This document shows, in pieces, positions 23,924-37,640 of a stretch of DNA of 64,000 nt. The notes under the pieces are model-generated. The model was not told the origin of the DNA and searched no databases. It saw nothing but the letters and a program-made list of their open reading frames with translations. The stretch is from Dipteris shenzhenensis (taxonomy: Eukaryota): assembly GCA_047967505.1 (NCBI GenBank), contig CM106538.1, one strand, 5' to 3'. How positions within the stretch are numbered: position 1 is the first letter of the stretch; each line of letters begins with the position of its first letter. The position numbers and the translations under genes were made by a program.

Positions 23924-24081
23924 GTTGAAGCAATGGCTGAAGAAGGCTATGATTGGGACAATGAGTTACAACGGCTAGTCAGTACTAAAAGAATGAGTGA
24001 AGATTCAGAAGGCATTGAGGAGAAGGGTTGCATGTACATTGAAAATGGGCCACTCAAAATCTGGGATACAGCCGAGAGAAG
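23924..24081 (+). CDS. POLH: DNA polymerase eta-like, exon 5
   Basis: AG/GT bounded; VEAMAEEGYDWD...WDTAER; ends in phase 2, matching exon 6. Confidence 0.8.
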
Positions 24082-26030
24082 GTGATTGCTCTTTTGTTAT
24101 CGTGTAAGGATACATTTCTGGTTGAACGTACAACCTTTCATCGCAGATTCCATGTTCGAAAGATGCTAGTCATACAGTGCCTGTTTTGTTATTGTGCTTG
24201 AAAAGGAATAGATACTACCTTTGAAATGAAGAATGTAACTGGGGCTATAGGAAAAAATTTATTACCCTGCTGGAAGGGTTTTTTTGCTAACAACGAATTC
24301 CTGTTGAGAAGGGAAAACAAGCACAGTCTACAATGAAGTACATGAAGGAGCAATCCTCAACCTGAAATGCAGGGAGTCATACTCAGCCTCCTGGACACGT
24401 GTGTTCAAACTAACTTATTAGATCAACTGAGTGTCCCAACCTAAAAGGATAGGGTGTCATACTGAACTTGGTCGACACAAGATGTGATGTCTAAAACTAA
24501 CCTATCAAACCAACTGAGTGCAACAACTAAAAAAGTAAACAGAGGTAATTGAGAATTAACAGCCGGAATGCCTATCACATGGATGCATTATTGTGGAGGT
24601 AAGCATCATAACCAGAACCACATGTAGGAGCAATCAAACAGTGCCAGAAATCCAAAGAAATGGGAACTATCAAATTTTCACACAATGCCTTAGCACTGAA
24701 ATCAAAATTGGGAGCAATTACTTCTTGGCCAGCAACCACTCCAGCGGATGTGAGCAAAAACCTACGAGCATAAAAGTCCGAGTGATAGTTTTTGACACCA
24801 TCCATGCTAGTACATTTCTCAAAGGAATATACAATTCTTTCTTAATTCCTCAATCATCATTAATATATTATGAAACAAATAGTGAACACTTTAGAAACTC
24901 TTATAAATCCCTCCCTACCATACTCTCTTTTGAGTATTATGATAATTCAATAGATTTAGAAGAGTTTCCCTTAGCTTTAGCAATTCCATATTTGAAATAT
25001 TGAGATGTTCTCATGTAACAATGTATACCATATTCCTTAGATGAGTAGGAAAGAGAGATTGAAAACCCTCATACCTGAAGCCATTATAATCGATCATAAA
25101 TTTACCTCTACGATATTATCAAATATGGTAAGGCAAGAGAGGGATTTTCAAAATATTCCTAATTCTCCAAACCTAAGTACTTGTAAGGAAATGTGGTCCT
25201 ACTGAACTCCTTCCTACAATAATATGAATTATTGAGAAGTTATATCTCTCATATACATCTTGAAATTCCCAAATTTTCTCTTATATACCTCTCAAAATTA
25301 TACTTTAAATCCCACCATTGCATAGATAAAAATTTTTTGAACATTTTTCCTTTTAACAGCTCCTCAATCCGATCTAAGGCGCAAAAGTTATGATCCCTTC
25401 TTTGTAGGCCCTCCAAGGGTATTACGTCAAAGGAATAGGGTTGGGGTAAGCTCTTCAAACCATTTTCATCTGGTAGAATCCATTGGGAGGGTCTATTAAA
25501 AAGGTGTTATATCTTTTTCTCAGCTTAGCCTGAGGAACTAAAAAGAGGAGATTTGCTCAAAATTTCATGATCTATTCAATGGTGAAAGAAAAAAAAGGAA
25601 TTTGAAAGTCATAAAATAAGTCACCATTTGGATATTATATATGAAAATTATATAAAGCTATATTTATATCTATCTCTATTGATCAATATTTCATATGTAC
25701 TTAATATTCTTTGAAAGAATTTGGAATTTTGTGCTCCCTAAAAATGACTTGAGACTATGTATTTTGACCCTTCCCACCTTTTCTCCACTCGTTGCTCGGG
25801 GGTTTCTGCTCGGAAAATGGAAACCCCCCCACTCCAGCCATGTGAAAGCAACTCGCATAAATGGTGACTCACTAGATGTGTCACAAAAGAGGTTGCAACG
25901 TACCAAGAACTTAGATCCTTGTCTAGAAACGAGCTTGGAAGAAGATTTGACCTGTCTCGATCATCTGGTCCACAGAAAGTATAGTGAAAACCTGAGCATG
26001 GAGGAAGACTGAAGCCCCTGGGTCGGCTAT

Positions 26031-26210
26031 TTGGCAGCCTATTTATAGGGCCTTTCCTCCCATACTACCTTCACATGCGCGCACACAGTTTGGGTAGAGT
26101 TTTTTATGCTGTAATAAGAGCTTCGTGCCTCAGATCTGAGTCGCTCTCTCTCTCTCTCTCTCTCTCTCTCGCTATCTCATGTTTTATGCTTCTGCATGTG
26201 CAATGTTTGA
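26031..26210. repeat. LTR-like segment homologous to 35041-35212
   Basis: Shared GCCTATTTATAGGGCCTTTCCTCCCA...ATGCTGTAAYAAGAGCTTC.TGCCTCAGA...(CT)n...TTTATGCTTC. Confidence 0.65.
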
Positions 26211-26751
26211 CATGGGATTAGAGCAGCTGTGTTTTTGGAGCTGGGACCTAGTGGAGCGACTGTGGCAGCAAGTGTCCAAATCAAGGTAGTTTGCTGCTGT
26301 TTTAAGTGAGTTTGGAGCAAGCATTAAATCTGGTGAGTGTGCTGCTGTTCAAAGGTAAGAGAGGGACTGCTGGAGCACTTGGCAGAGAGTGGTGGACAGT
26401 CAACGGGGATATTGTTCGGTGCATATCCCGCCCACCCTTTTTGCATCACACATGGATGAAACCATCACCTGTGTCTTGAACAAGATCATGTAAGATCTAG
26501 TTGGGGCTGACAGAGTTAGCTGCAGGAAGAGGTCGACTGTTTGGGACCGCAGGAGCTATCAGAGGAGATCAAGGAAGCTTGGGGCTGAAGGCATGCTTGA
26601 GAGAGGCTGAAGTAAGGAGTAGACAGCAAAAGGAGAAGCCTTTCCTCCTTTCCTTGACTCCTCTTCCTCTTTTCCAGCTGCCTCCTCTTTCTTTCCCCAG
26701 TTCTCTGCCTCTTCTTCTTTCCCAGCCACTCTCCCTTTTAGTAGGACTGTT

Positions 26752-29700
26752 TGTAATGAAGGGGAGAAATGGGCTAATTTAGAGGCCCTTTAGAGGGATT
26801 TTAGGTGGAACATGTGGAGGGACTATATATAAGTTCCATCCACCACTCATTGTATACCTTTTGATGTGACATCTAATCCCATCTACTCCCTCCTCCTTCC
26901 TCCTACGTGCTGCCTACTCTCTCTCCCAATCTCTCTCCATCTCTCTCTTCCCCTCACTCTTCCTCTCTCTCTCTTCCTCTCCCTCTACCCTTTCCTCTCC
27001 TTCTTCCCCTTTATCACCAATTCTACTCCTTTCTCTAATCTGCCCTTCCCCCTTTCATTGCATTGGTATCAGAGCTTCGCTCTCTGGCACTTTTGCTTCT
27101 GCCCTTTCAGCCTTACCTCCGAATCCCAATAGCTACCACACTAAGCCAGGGCTAGACTTGCATGCAGGAAAAAAGCTATCTACAGCAGAGCAAGAGCCTG
27201 CAAACTCAGGATGCAACATAATACTACAGACAACTCTATAGGCCCAGCGATTTGTGTAGCAAGCGCAAGTGTGAATCTCGAAATTGATCACACGGGTGGA
27301 GGGCAAAGATGAGATGGAGCGTAGAGTTGAACCTCTGCGCGTGCATCGGACGAAAGATGAGATGGACCGTGCGTTGACGAAGGAATTGGGCAACAAAAGC
27401 TTCACGTGTAGGAATACCCAAAATGTGTTGCAAATGTTTGGCCACGAAGCTTAGGCAACTCCGTTTTGTGCCAGATAGGCGACCTTCGCGCAGGCAGCAT
27501 AAGCAACATAAGCCCTCCTTTCACACCACAGCTCCGTGGAGCTATGCCGTGGCCTGTTCGTGGCTTTTTGTGACCTTGGCTGAGCATGCCTGTAACCGAC
27601 GCCCAACAGACCTAAGTGGCGTCATGGTGAACCCGTCGCCTTTTGTGGCTTACGTCGTAGATGTCCATCGCTGCCTGCAATGCCGTTGTTGCCCGTCCTC
27701 CATCCCGCAAACCTTAGCTTTGCTAGGGTAGGCCAACCAGAGTTAGTAGGTTGGGTTAGGTTTAGTCATTTAGGTTTAGCTAGTTTGGTTCTAGGTTAGG
27801 TTAGTGCTTACTAGGTTTAACAATAGGGTTAGGTTAGCCTAAGTCAGAGCCCTAACAATCCAAATAGTCTTAGGTTAGTTCTGTACTAACTGTCCTAGGT
27901 GACTTAGGAACACCCCCCCCCCCCAACACAAAGAAAGAAAAAAGGAAAAAAAAAGAGGCAAAATCTAAAAAATTTCCAACCTCTTTTAGGAGCTTTCCAC
28001 AATCCTATTTTGGCTCATTCAGGCTTTGAAGCTTCTTCGACGACCTTTCTCTAGAGCCTCTCCATTGACCTTTTCGTGGTTCCACACACTATCTAAGGTG
28101 CTCATTACAGTAGGGAATTGCTGTCCATTTCTCTTTGCCTACATTCGAGCTCCTCTCTCCAGGGCTAGTCACCATGGCACCAAAGTGTGCCCCTCGTGAT
28201 ATATTGCATGACAGTGATGAGTCTGCTCAGTATGAGCAAGTGCTTGCCACAGTGGTTGCATCCAAATGGTGGTACAGAGCTTTCTTCCACTTAGCCTCTT
28301 TCTCTTGCATCCCGGGAAGCATAGGTAGCGTAGACACGTTTTTTGGATGCCTTTTCCTCTATGCTCCAGGGTGCTTTTCGCCAGATGGGACAAGAGTTCA
28401 ACAAGCAGCTTACCACAGCCATGGCTATGTAGGATACCGATCTTGCCCAGATGGGACAACAGATTGGTCAGCAGATCACATCTGCCACTGCTATGCAGGA
28501 TAAGGGTAAGCAACCCGCATCCCAGCATGGGGATCAGTCAGATAGCCATGATGAGTTCTCGGGCCCATGTAGAGGGTTTATGGCTGATGCACGTTGTGCT
28601 TATGAGCATGTACCCCAGCATGGGGATTACACTGATTTGGGTGATGCTTTTTTAGTGTCGCAGATCACTTTCTTGATAGATACCAGGCCACCTTTTGGCT
28701 CACAGTTTCCTACTTCTACGCAGGCTGGGCCATCTATACTGGGCCGACCTTTGGGTATGCATTCATTCAGTACTGCACCCGTGAGCATGCTTGGATCTGG
28801 TTTTGGGTTACAGGGTAGTTGGGAAAGAGGTCAGTCCTCTTCTCAGGCTTTTACTGCACCATCTTTTCAGAGGGGTGCCTTTGAAAGGCAAACCCTGCTA
28901 GGGCTGCATGTTTCTATGGCTTCGTCAATGAACACCTTTAGTCAGACACAGCCCGTGCATCAGGCTGGTGATGTTACTACGCAGCAGAATGCTGTAAATG
29001 GGCTGTAAGTGACCATAGACGATATGCTCTCAGATGCCTTACGCTCTTACAGAGCCTTGCCTGAGGAATTGTGGGATGAGATGCCCTTATAGAGCCTTGC
29101 CTGAGGAAGTGCAAGATGAGATGCCCTTTCCTGAGTATGTGAGCCTTAAGCGTAAGGATGCCCGACATTCTGGTGGGTACAATAAGCAGTATGCAGCCAA
29201 GGATGTGAAGGATAAGCTCTCGGTGCATAAGTTTAAAGGGGACACTCGCACTCCCAATGAGAGGAGTGGCTCACGAAGCTGGAAGACTATTTCTGCTTCT
29301 ACCCCAAGTTTGATGAGGTGCAGGTATGCATATGTGAGACTATGCCCACACATGGTGGCGATACATGAGGGATTAACCTCAGAGACCAACCACTTGGAGG
29401 GGTTTCAAAGAATTGATGGTCAATACATTCGTATCCCCACTCGTCTTGGATCAATACTTGGCTGAATTCTATGCCTTGCCGGTATGGTCCAAGAGTATTT
29501 GCAGCGCTTTTGGAGGCTTTCCCTGCTTGTGTAGGATGTAACTATTGAGGCAGCCCAGCTGGCAGAGGTATTTGAGCTGAAATATTCCAGCAAGTATAAG
29601 AGTGGAACAGGCAGCATACATGGTGCTGCATATGAGGCTGAGAAGAAGCCTACGATGGGTGATTGGCATGATAAAAAATTTGCAGTAGCACCCTTTCCAA

Positions 29701-32700
29701 GGTTTCCTACTGTTTCAGGTAGTAAAATGCCCTATGCCAGGCCATACAGGCCATCAGATGCCAAGCCAGGAACTAAGCCTACTGCTGGAAATGAAAAATC
29801 AGAAATTAAGCAGTATACCAGGGCCATAATGGACAGTAGAAAAAAGGCAAACTTATGCTTTAAGTGTGGGGAGAAATGGACCCCTCAGCATTGGGATGTT
29901 TGCAAGATGCGGAATACTGGTTCAGCCAAGCTCAGTATGATCGTTGAAATCTCTGATGATGAGGATTTGGTTGATGCCACAGATTCATTCGATGCCTCTC
30001 ATTATGAGACAACAAGATCACATGATGCGGATGAGGCTCCTGACAATGGAGCCATGAAGAGGATTGATTTCCCTTTTGATCCGAGTGCAGCTGGTCATGA
30101 TATTCATGATATGTCATCACTGGACATTCAGCCCACTTGTGGCATGCAAGGTCGTAGACCTATGTCTTTTCTTATGGAGCATCAGGTTGCTATGTCTTTT
30201 CTTGCGCGAGAGGATGCAAATGGAAATGCTCCTATGGACGAAAAGGAGATCTATTGGGATGCGCAAAATTGTTATCTCTTTTCATGCCTTGATGGGTGCT
30301 AAAAGTGCTGAAACTATCAGATTGAAAGGGCAAATTAATGGCATGACTGTTCAATGCTTGTGGACAGCGGTAGCACTCATAGTTTCATTAATTCTAAGAC
30401 CTCATAGAAGGTGGGACTGATTGCGACTGAGATTGATCATGGGCTGAGAGTAGAGGTGGCAAATGGACAGCATTTGGTCAGTAAATTTTGTTGCCAAGAT
30501 ACAAGGATCAAGCTCTTTGAGGATTATGATTTGCTGGGGATCTCTCGGCATTGGATATGGGCCCAATCGATGCTGTCCTGGGCTGTGATTGGCTGAAATC
30601 CTTGGGCAAAATCAGCATGGACTTAAATGTCTTGTCACTCAGCTTTGTTCACAGGGGAAGATCTATAACATTGCATGGTATTGCAACCCCTAAATTGCAG
30701 GTCATTTCAGGGAAACAGCTTGCCAGAGAGCTCAAGAGGGAGTGTGCCATCTATGCACCGAATGTGTCAGTTTCTCAGGAGGGTAGCACTTCCCATGTTG
30801 AGGATTGTGATATGCAGAAGTTGCTCGCATAATTCGCAGATGTGTTTGCTGATATGCCTTCACAGTTGCCTCCACGAAGAGATGTTGATCATGCCATAGT
30901 GCTTGAGCCTGGTAGCAAGCCAATTAATAAGGCTCCGTAGCGTCACTCGAAGGTAGAGCGAGAAGAAGTGGCTGCACAGGTGCGAGAATTGCTTGAGAAG
31001 AACTTTCTCTCTCATAGCACTTCTCCTTTTGCATCCCCAGTGCTCATGGTGAAGAAGAAAGACGGTTCATACTGCATGTGCATTGACCTGTTGGATGAAC
31101 TCAAGGGTGCTTGATTTTTCACTAAGATTGATTTGAGGTCAGGCTATCATCAAATCAGAATGAGAGAAGGAGATGAGCACAAGACAACCTTTTACATAGA
31201 AAGAGGTTTATATGAGTTAAAAATTATGCCTTTTGGATTGATCAATGCACCTGCTACTTTCCAGGCACTCATGAATAAGATATTCTTTACAAATATGTGC
31301 TGGTTTTTTTTTTAATGACATCCTCATTTACAGCAAGGACAAGCAGGAACGTATCAGACATGTCAAACAAGTCTTGGAAATCTTGAGATTGCATCAGCTT
31401 TATGCTAAAGCGAGCAAATGCACTTTCATGGCGGAAGAGGTTGAATATCTTGGCCACATTGTGAGCAAGGATGGAATTCGGGTGGATCCAGCCAAGGTAA
31501 AATGCATAAGGGACTGGACACAACCACAAAATCCCACCCAACTCAGAGGCTTTTTGGGTCTGGCTTCTTTCTACAAGAGATTCATTAAACATTTTGCCAA
31601 GAGGGCAGCCCCTCTCTGGGGGCTGTTCTGAGACAGCAACATGGAGTTATAGCTTTTGAGAGTAGAAACTTTATTGCCAAGGAATTGGACTATCATGTTT
31701 ATGATAAGGAAATGGTGGCCATACTACATGCTTTCGAGAAATGGCACCACTTACCTATACGGTAGCAGGATTAAGGTTAGGACGGATCATAGGACACTCA
31801 AGTACTTCCTTACGTGGCACAATTTGTCCATGAAGCAAAAGAGGTGGTTGATTGTATTCCAGTCCTACGATTTTGACATTGAGTACAGGAAGGGGAAAGA
31901 AAATGTGGTTACTGATGCTTTGTCTAGAATGTGGGCTTGCAGTCTGTCTTCCGTTTCCACCATCTATCAAGATTGGATTCATGGGATTCAGGAAGAGTAT
32001 ATGCAGGATTCGAAGGCAGCTCCCATAGTTCTGGAGTTACAGGAGCCTTCAAACCAAGGGCATGCTGAATTTAAGCTTCATAATGGGCTGTTGTACTACA
32101 AGGACAGAATTTATCTTGTGCCAGATTCAAAGTATAAATGGCTGGTTTTGCAGGAAATGCACTCATCTCCTACAACAGGACATGATCGTATCACTAGGAC
32201 ATATGAAAGAATAAGATAGAGTATCATCTTGGATGGCATGTGGCAAGATGTGGTTAAATATGTCATTGAATGCTTGCCTTGCCAACAGGATAAGGTGGAC
32301 AGCCAGCTACCCGCAGGTCTCTAACAGCCTCTCCCTATTCCAAAAGGCAAATGGACTCATATCGCTATGGATTTCATCACAGGGTTTCCTTCTACAGAGA
32401 AGGGATGGGATAGCACTTATGTGGTGGTGGACAGAATGACAAAACAGGCTCATTTCATACCCACTAAGACCCGGTATTCAGCATCACAGGTTGCTTGGCA
32501 GTTTATTGAGCATGTTTTTAAGCATCATGGCTTCCCTCAGGAAATTGTCAGTGACAGAGATGCAAAGTTTATGGGTCACTTTTGGCAAGAGTTATTCACA
32601 GTGATGGGTACTCTTCTCACACCTAGCACTGCTTACCACCTGGAGACAGATGGACAGTCAGAGAGGGTGAACAAATGTGGGGAGGAATACTTGAGGCACT

Positions 32701-33670
32701 TTTGTCATGATACATAGAAGTCCTGGGATAAGTGGCTAGCTTTGGCTGAATTTTGCTACAACAGTACCAAACACCTTTCCATTGGCATGAGCCCTTTTGA
32801 AGCAATGTATGGATGCAAGGTTGGGGTGCCGCCTTTAATGGCAGACATAGCTGTGAAAAATCAGCAAGCAAGGAGTGACTTGGAAAGAATGTATGCCTTT
32901 TTGCAATTGGCTAAGAAGAATATGCAGGATGCCCAAGCCAAAGCAGAAGAAGTATGTGGTTGAATGCAGGAGGTATCTGCCTTTTGAAGAAGGGGATTAT
33001 GTGCATTTATGCCTCCATAAGAACCGTTATGCCTCGCTGAAAGGTAACACCAATTCGAAGCTTGCTCACAGGTATTACGGTCCCTACAAGATCAACCACA
33101 AAGTTGGAGAGGTGGCATATGAGTTGGAGCTGCCTAGTACCTCCAAGATTCACAATGTTTTCCATGTGTCCTTGCTGAAGCTGCATGTAGGATAGCATGT
33201 CCAAGCTCTTCCTCAACTACCACCCATGGATGAGGAGGGTCACATTCTCTATGCCCCGGAGTGCATCGTGGGTTTCAGAGACCATGTGCTCAGAAACAAG
33301 ATCTACATAGAGTATCTTATCAAATGGCAAGGTCTCCCTGAGGATGAAAATTCATGGCAGCCAGAAAGCATTGCCTAGGACTACCCCTATCTCCTTCCGG
33401 GCTGATTAGTAGTTGCTGTTTGCTGCACCGTTTGGACAGCCAGGATGTAAAATTTTGTGGGAAAAATTCTATGGGAAGGAGTGGCTGTAATGAAGGGGGG
33501 AAATGGGCTGATTTAGAGGCCCTTTAGAGGGATTTTAGGTGGGACATGTGGAGGGACTATATAAGTCTCCATCCACCACTCATTGTATACCTTTTGATGT
33601 GACATCTAATCCCATCTACTCCCTCCTCCTTCCTCCTATGTGCTGCCTACTCTCTCTCCCAATCTCTCTC
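26752..33670 (+). mobile_element. Decayed Ty3/gypsy chromovirus LTR retrotransposon in polymerase intron 5
   Basis: 5' LTR 26752-27062 (TG..CA); PBS TGGTATCAGAGC 27064-27075; gag knuckle CFKCGEKW...H..C; protease VDSGSTHSFI; RT LRSGYHQ/MPFGL.NAPATFQ; integrase MDFITG/SDRD/TDGQSER; chromodomain YLIKWQG; PPT 33471-33485; 3' LTR 33486-33670 truncated. Confidence 0.95.
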
Positions 33671-34127
33671 TAAGGGTCTCTAGGAGATCGTTCAGGGGTA
33701 TGAGAGAAAGTCTGAACATCCAATGAATTCGATCCTTTGGGACGCCTACCATGAGGAAGCTTTCGTTGAGGAAGTTTAGGATTGGGAGGTTTGTGACTCT
33801 AAGGTGCTCGGCGTTGGTATGTACTATGGACCATTCCCTAGTAGTGTGACTTGACTAGTGCCTCCGAAGTCTAGTCTAAGTTAGAGGCTCTCTATGCTTG
33901 GGATTCCTCTATGTGAGCTGTTACATTGCAAGGTCAGCTCTACAGTATTGAATTTTCACAGGTAGCTTGATGTAGCTGTTCTTAATGAAGCCAAGGTCAT
34001 CCATGCTAGCTTCAGGCAATGGGAGCTTTGCGGTGCTAGGTCACTATATCGAGTTGGATTTTGATGACCTCTGCTCCCTTCTCTTGGAGGAGGAATTTGT
34101 TCTTCTTTCTCAAGGCACAAGCTGCGG

Positions 34128-34330
34128 GTGGGTGGTGCTGAGGCACTTTTGACAGTGCAAAAGAAAGGACAGAGCCGGTGCTATGCTTGTAGGAAGAGAG
34201 CTCACCTGGCCAAAGATTGCAGATCGAAGGACAAAGGCAAATCAAAAGACAAGTACGAGACTCTTGACAAGTTTGATGATCCTAGGGGGCAGCCCTTGCC
34301 TAGGATACTCAGATTGTTCTTGCTTTCTAG
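34128..34330 (+). mobile_element. Retroelement gag zinc-knuckle remnant
   Basis: CYACRKRAHLAKDC (CX2CX4HX4C). Confidence 0.6.
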
Positions 34331-36240
34331 CAATAAGGAATGGGTCTCCACCACATGATACAACCAAAGAGTGTGGCAGGCAAAGGCTTGGGAGACAAAG
34401 CTACGAACTAGATGTGTTCACAAGTTCATTGCATATAAGTAGTAGAGACTATGGACAAGATGTGTTTAGAGTTCATTTTTTTGGCATTCCTGGACATGAT
34501 GTGTTCACCAAAGGATCTTGGGTGTGATGCGTTATACAGCTCAGCATTCTTAACTTCGGAATTCCATGCACATTGGTATGCGAAATCACAACTCAACATA
34601 TCAGTTTGCTGTTCGAGGTGGCATTATGTTTCAAAGATTCGGGTTGTCAGGTGCTCTCTCCGAGGTGAATCCAATATTCACGTTGCTGGAGGGTCCAGGG
34701 TTGCATCTTCATCAGCTTTCTTCTTTGGACTTTGTGCTCACTATGAGCTTTAGAGAGGGTATTAGAATTTAGGGCATCTCATGAGTGAGCTTCTATGTGG
34801 GTGTGCCTACCTTGGAAAGGAGTACTATTTTCTCTGTATTTGGGTCTGTTTCAGGTTGTATCTGGGGCTGTATTGGGGGCTGTCTACCCAGGGCTTGGGG
34901 CCATATAACCAGTCCACCAAGTTGACCTAACTCAATCGGGCTAGTCAGATGACCAAGGTCGGCTTAGCCGACCTGACCTAGGTCAGGTTGACCAACCTGA
35001 TCTGGGTCGATTGACTGTCGCTGGGTTGGCTACTTGAGAGCCTATTTATAGGGCCTTTCCTCCCAATTGTAGGTGTCCCATTTCCACACACACACACACA
35101 CGCAGAGTTTGGGCACTATTTTCCATGCTGTAACAAGAGCTTCTTGCCTCAGACTCTGAGTCACACTCTTTCTCTCTCTCATGCTGTCTTGTGCTTTATG
35201 CTTCCGCAATGTGCTTGGTGGTGGAATATTACTTATATTTTCTCATTCAAGTTGTGTTTGGAATGGGTAGAAAACGCTCCATCTTTGGGGGACACATTTT
35301 CCTGTGACTTCATGGACTTTTGAAAGCATCACTTGTCTCGACTGACAAAGTGTTTGATTGATGAGGACATGATTGTCTAAAGAGGGAAGTAAATTAAAAA
35401 ATTTCTTCGTGTATGAGAAGATAAGCAGTTGAAGGAAGTAAAAATACATTGCTTGCAGCTAACTAGGTACTTATGCGTTCATATGCATGCAAAATGTCAA
35501 AGGGCTCGAGAGAGACTGCATTTTATGGCTCATGATCAGATGGACATTCTGAAGCTAGAGGATTCAAAGGAGTGAGCTGGATATGTATTTAGCCTAGTAT
35601 AAGCTGTGGCTTGACATGTTGAAAGTGGGTGTCACTTAATCATTGTGTAGTATACTATATTGGGCATATACGGTAAAAAACTGTAGGGGTGCTCAGGTGT
35701 GGTGGTAAGCTTATTGCGTAGAGCATAGAGCCAAGGCTTTCTTTAGTTGGGCTTGGGAGCTGTTTTGTCAGGGAAGATGACATAACCATTGTTCTAAGAT
35801 GTGTATCCGAGCTCGGTATTTTCACAGCAGCAGGAATGCTAGATCAAAGGACGACTAGAAAGTTATGCCACCTGAAAGATATATAACAGGGGCTTGCATG
35901 TGATTACAAGTAGCACTGTAAAATGGTGTGCGGTAGAAGAGTGAATATGTTTAATTGTAAGTTGGTTTGGGGATCCTGAATTCCTTGATCAAGAGTTCAA
36001 GTTCTACTTATTTCTACTTGTTTGCATTTCGATCCTTGTACCTCTAAGCTTGTAGTTTCACGATTCTCGTCAAAGTTCCTGTCCTCAAAGCACCATGATC
36101 CTGGACGTGGGTAGTATGGTGTGTCTCGAGCAAGATGAGAAAATGCAGCGGATTATTACTATTCTTTCTGGCAGCTGCATTTTGCAAGAATCTGTCAGAA
36201 GGCCCCACTTACGTTTTTGCTTACTTGTAATGTAGAGCAG

Positions 36241-36316
36241 GCTACTAGCAGGCGCTATTGTTGCTGATCGAATACGGATGGATGTTAGAACGAAGCTAGG
36301 GTACACTTGCTCAGTG
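36241..36316 (+). CDS. POLH: DNA polymerase eta-like, exon 6
   Basis: AG/GT bounded; (R)LLAGAIVADRIRMDVRTKLGYTCSV; phase compatible across the 12.2-kb intron. Confidence 0.9.
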
Positions 36317-36959
36317 GTGATTCCATATGACTTCATCCTGTTACATTTATATTGAAAGTTGCAGCATTCCTTTTCACTAGTCATATATTTTTGTTCAGTC
36401 CTTTAAAATGGTTTCAGTACCTTAGAAAGCAATGTCAGAAAATCACCTAATAAAACATACAACTGGGAAAATTTCCATCCTTCTCAAAGTACTGTGGAGA
36501 TTTTTAGTTGCAATAATCAGCAGCAGGTGAGCTGGAATCTATGCTAATAGAGGATCTATGGAATGATAATGATACTATCTGACTCTGCAAATAAAAAAAT
36601 CAGTACTCCATGTATGAATGAAAGTTATTATCGAGAGTCGTGATTTTGTGAAAATCGTGAAATTTCACTACTTGGTCCCTCATAGCAGTCAATGAATGTC
36701 TTAATGGTGGTCCTCTATGGACTAAAGCTAAGAAGAGGAGGAGATTGTGTAATAGCAAAGGGAACTATTATCTGACTATAAATGTGGAAGCGTTTATGGA
36801 AATGAAAGGTACACAAACTCATGTGCTTGCTTCTGTGGGTGTATGTGAGGGGGTGTGGGATTGGGTTGCAAATGCTCCTCCCCCGGTAGAGAGTATTTAT
36901 TGTTTATTCTGTTTGCCAATAGGCTGAGATACAACTATTTTGTGCAGCATGTGACACTC

Positions 36960-37640
36960 TTCAATTTCACTTACAGCTGCCAAGTCTTCTGAAAGCTTCT
37001 CTTTCTTTCAAGTTGCCCTGATCACGCCTGTGGCAGCCAATAGTTGAATCAGGGGTAGCATGCAACAAGGCTGGATTGAACCAAGGAAGCACACAAAGGC
37101 ATCCCCTGTAAAACAACCAACCATTATGAATGGTGTAATCACGGGCTGCTTGTCCAATGTGACTTTTCAACCTTTTGTTGTCCATTGTCTTTATCATTTA
37201 GGATGTTCTTTCCATGTTCCACTGTGTGCTCTTTCATGCGCCACTTTTGAGTATTACCAGCTGTAATAAACATATAAGGATTGTACCTTTGTAGTGATGC
37301 TCCTGAATTGCAGAGTTGTGCAGTCTGACGTTATGCATGAGATCCGCATGCTTGGGTTGGTTTCCATCCCCACCATTATGTTCAGCTCCTGATGACCTGC
37401 ATTCACCTTGATATTGGCAAATAACTTTGTTACTGCAGGAATGCATCATTTCTGTGTCCCATGGCCACTACTTGTGTGCTAGGCATCTCAAGTTCTGATT
37501 GCTCTCTTACGTAGGTCTGTGTTTGGTAATCATGTGAGTGTCTAGGAATCGACCTGGGTATGTCATTTGAAAAGACAAGTGTTCTGAATCCAACAAGGCT
37601 GCTCAGTGCATTGTGCTTTTCCACACCCACACCCATGCTT
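36960..37640 (-). mobile_element. Highly decayed gypsy pol remnant
   Basis: YTIHNGWLFYRGCLCV...LLHATPDSTIGCH resembles the integrase Zn-finger lead-in. Confidence 0.45.

Noticed and set aside
24300-26000. ORFs of 69-136 aa in intron 5
   Set aside because: No recognisable motifs; probably decayed repeat sequence that cannot be assigned.
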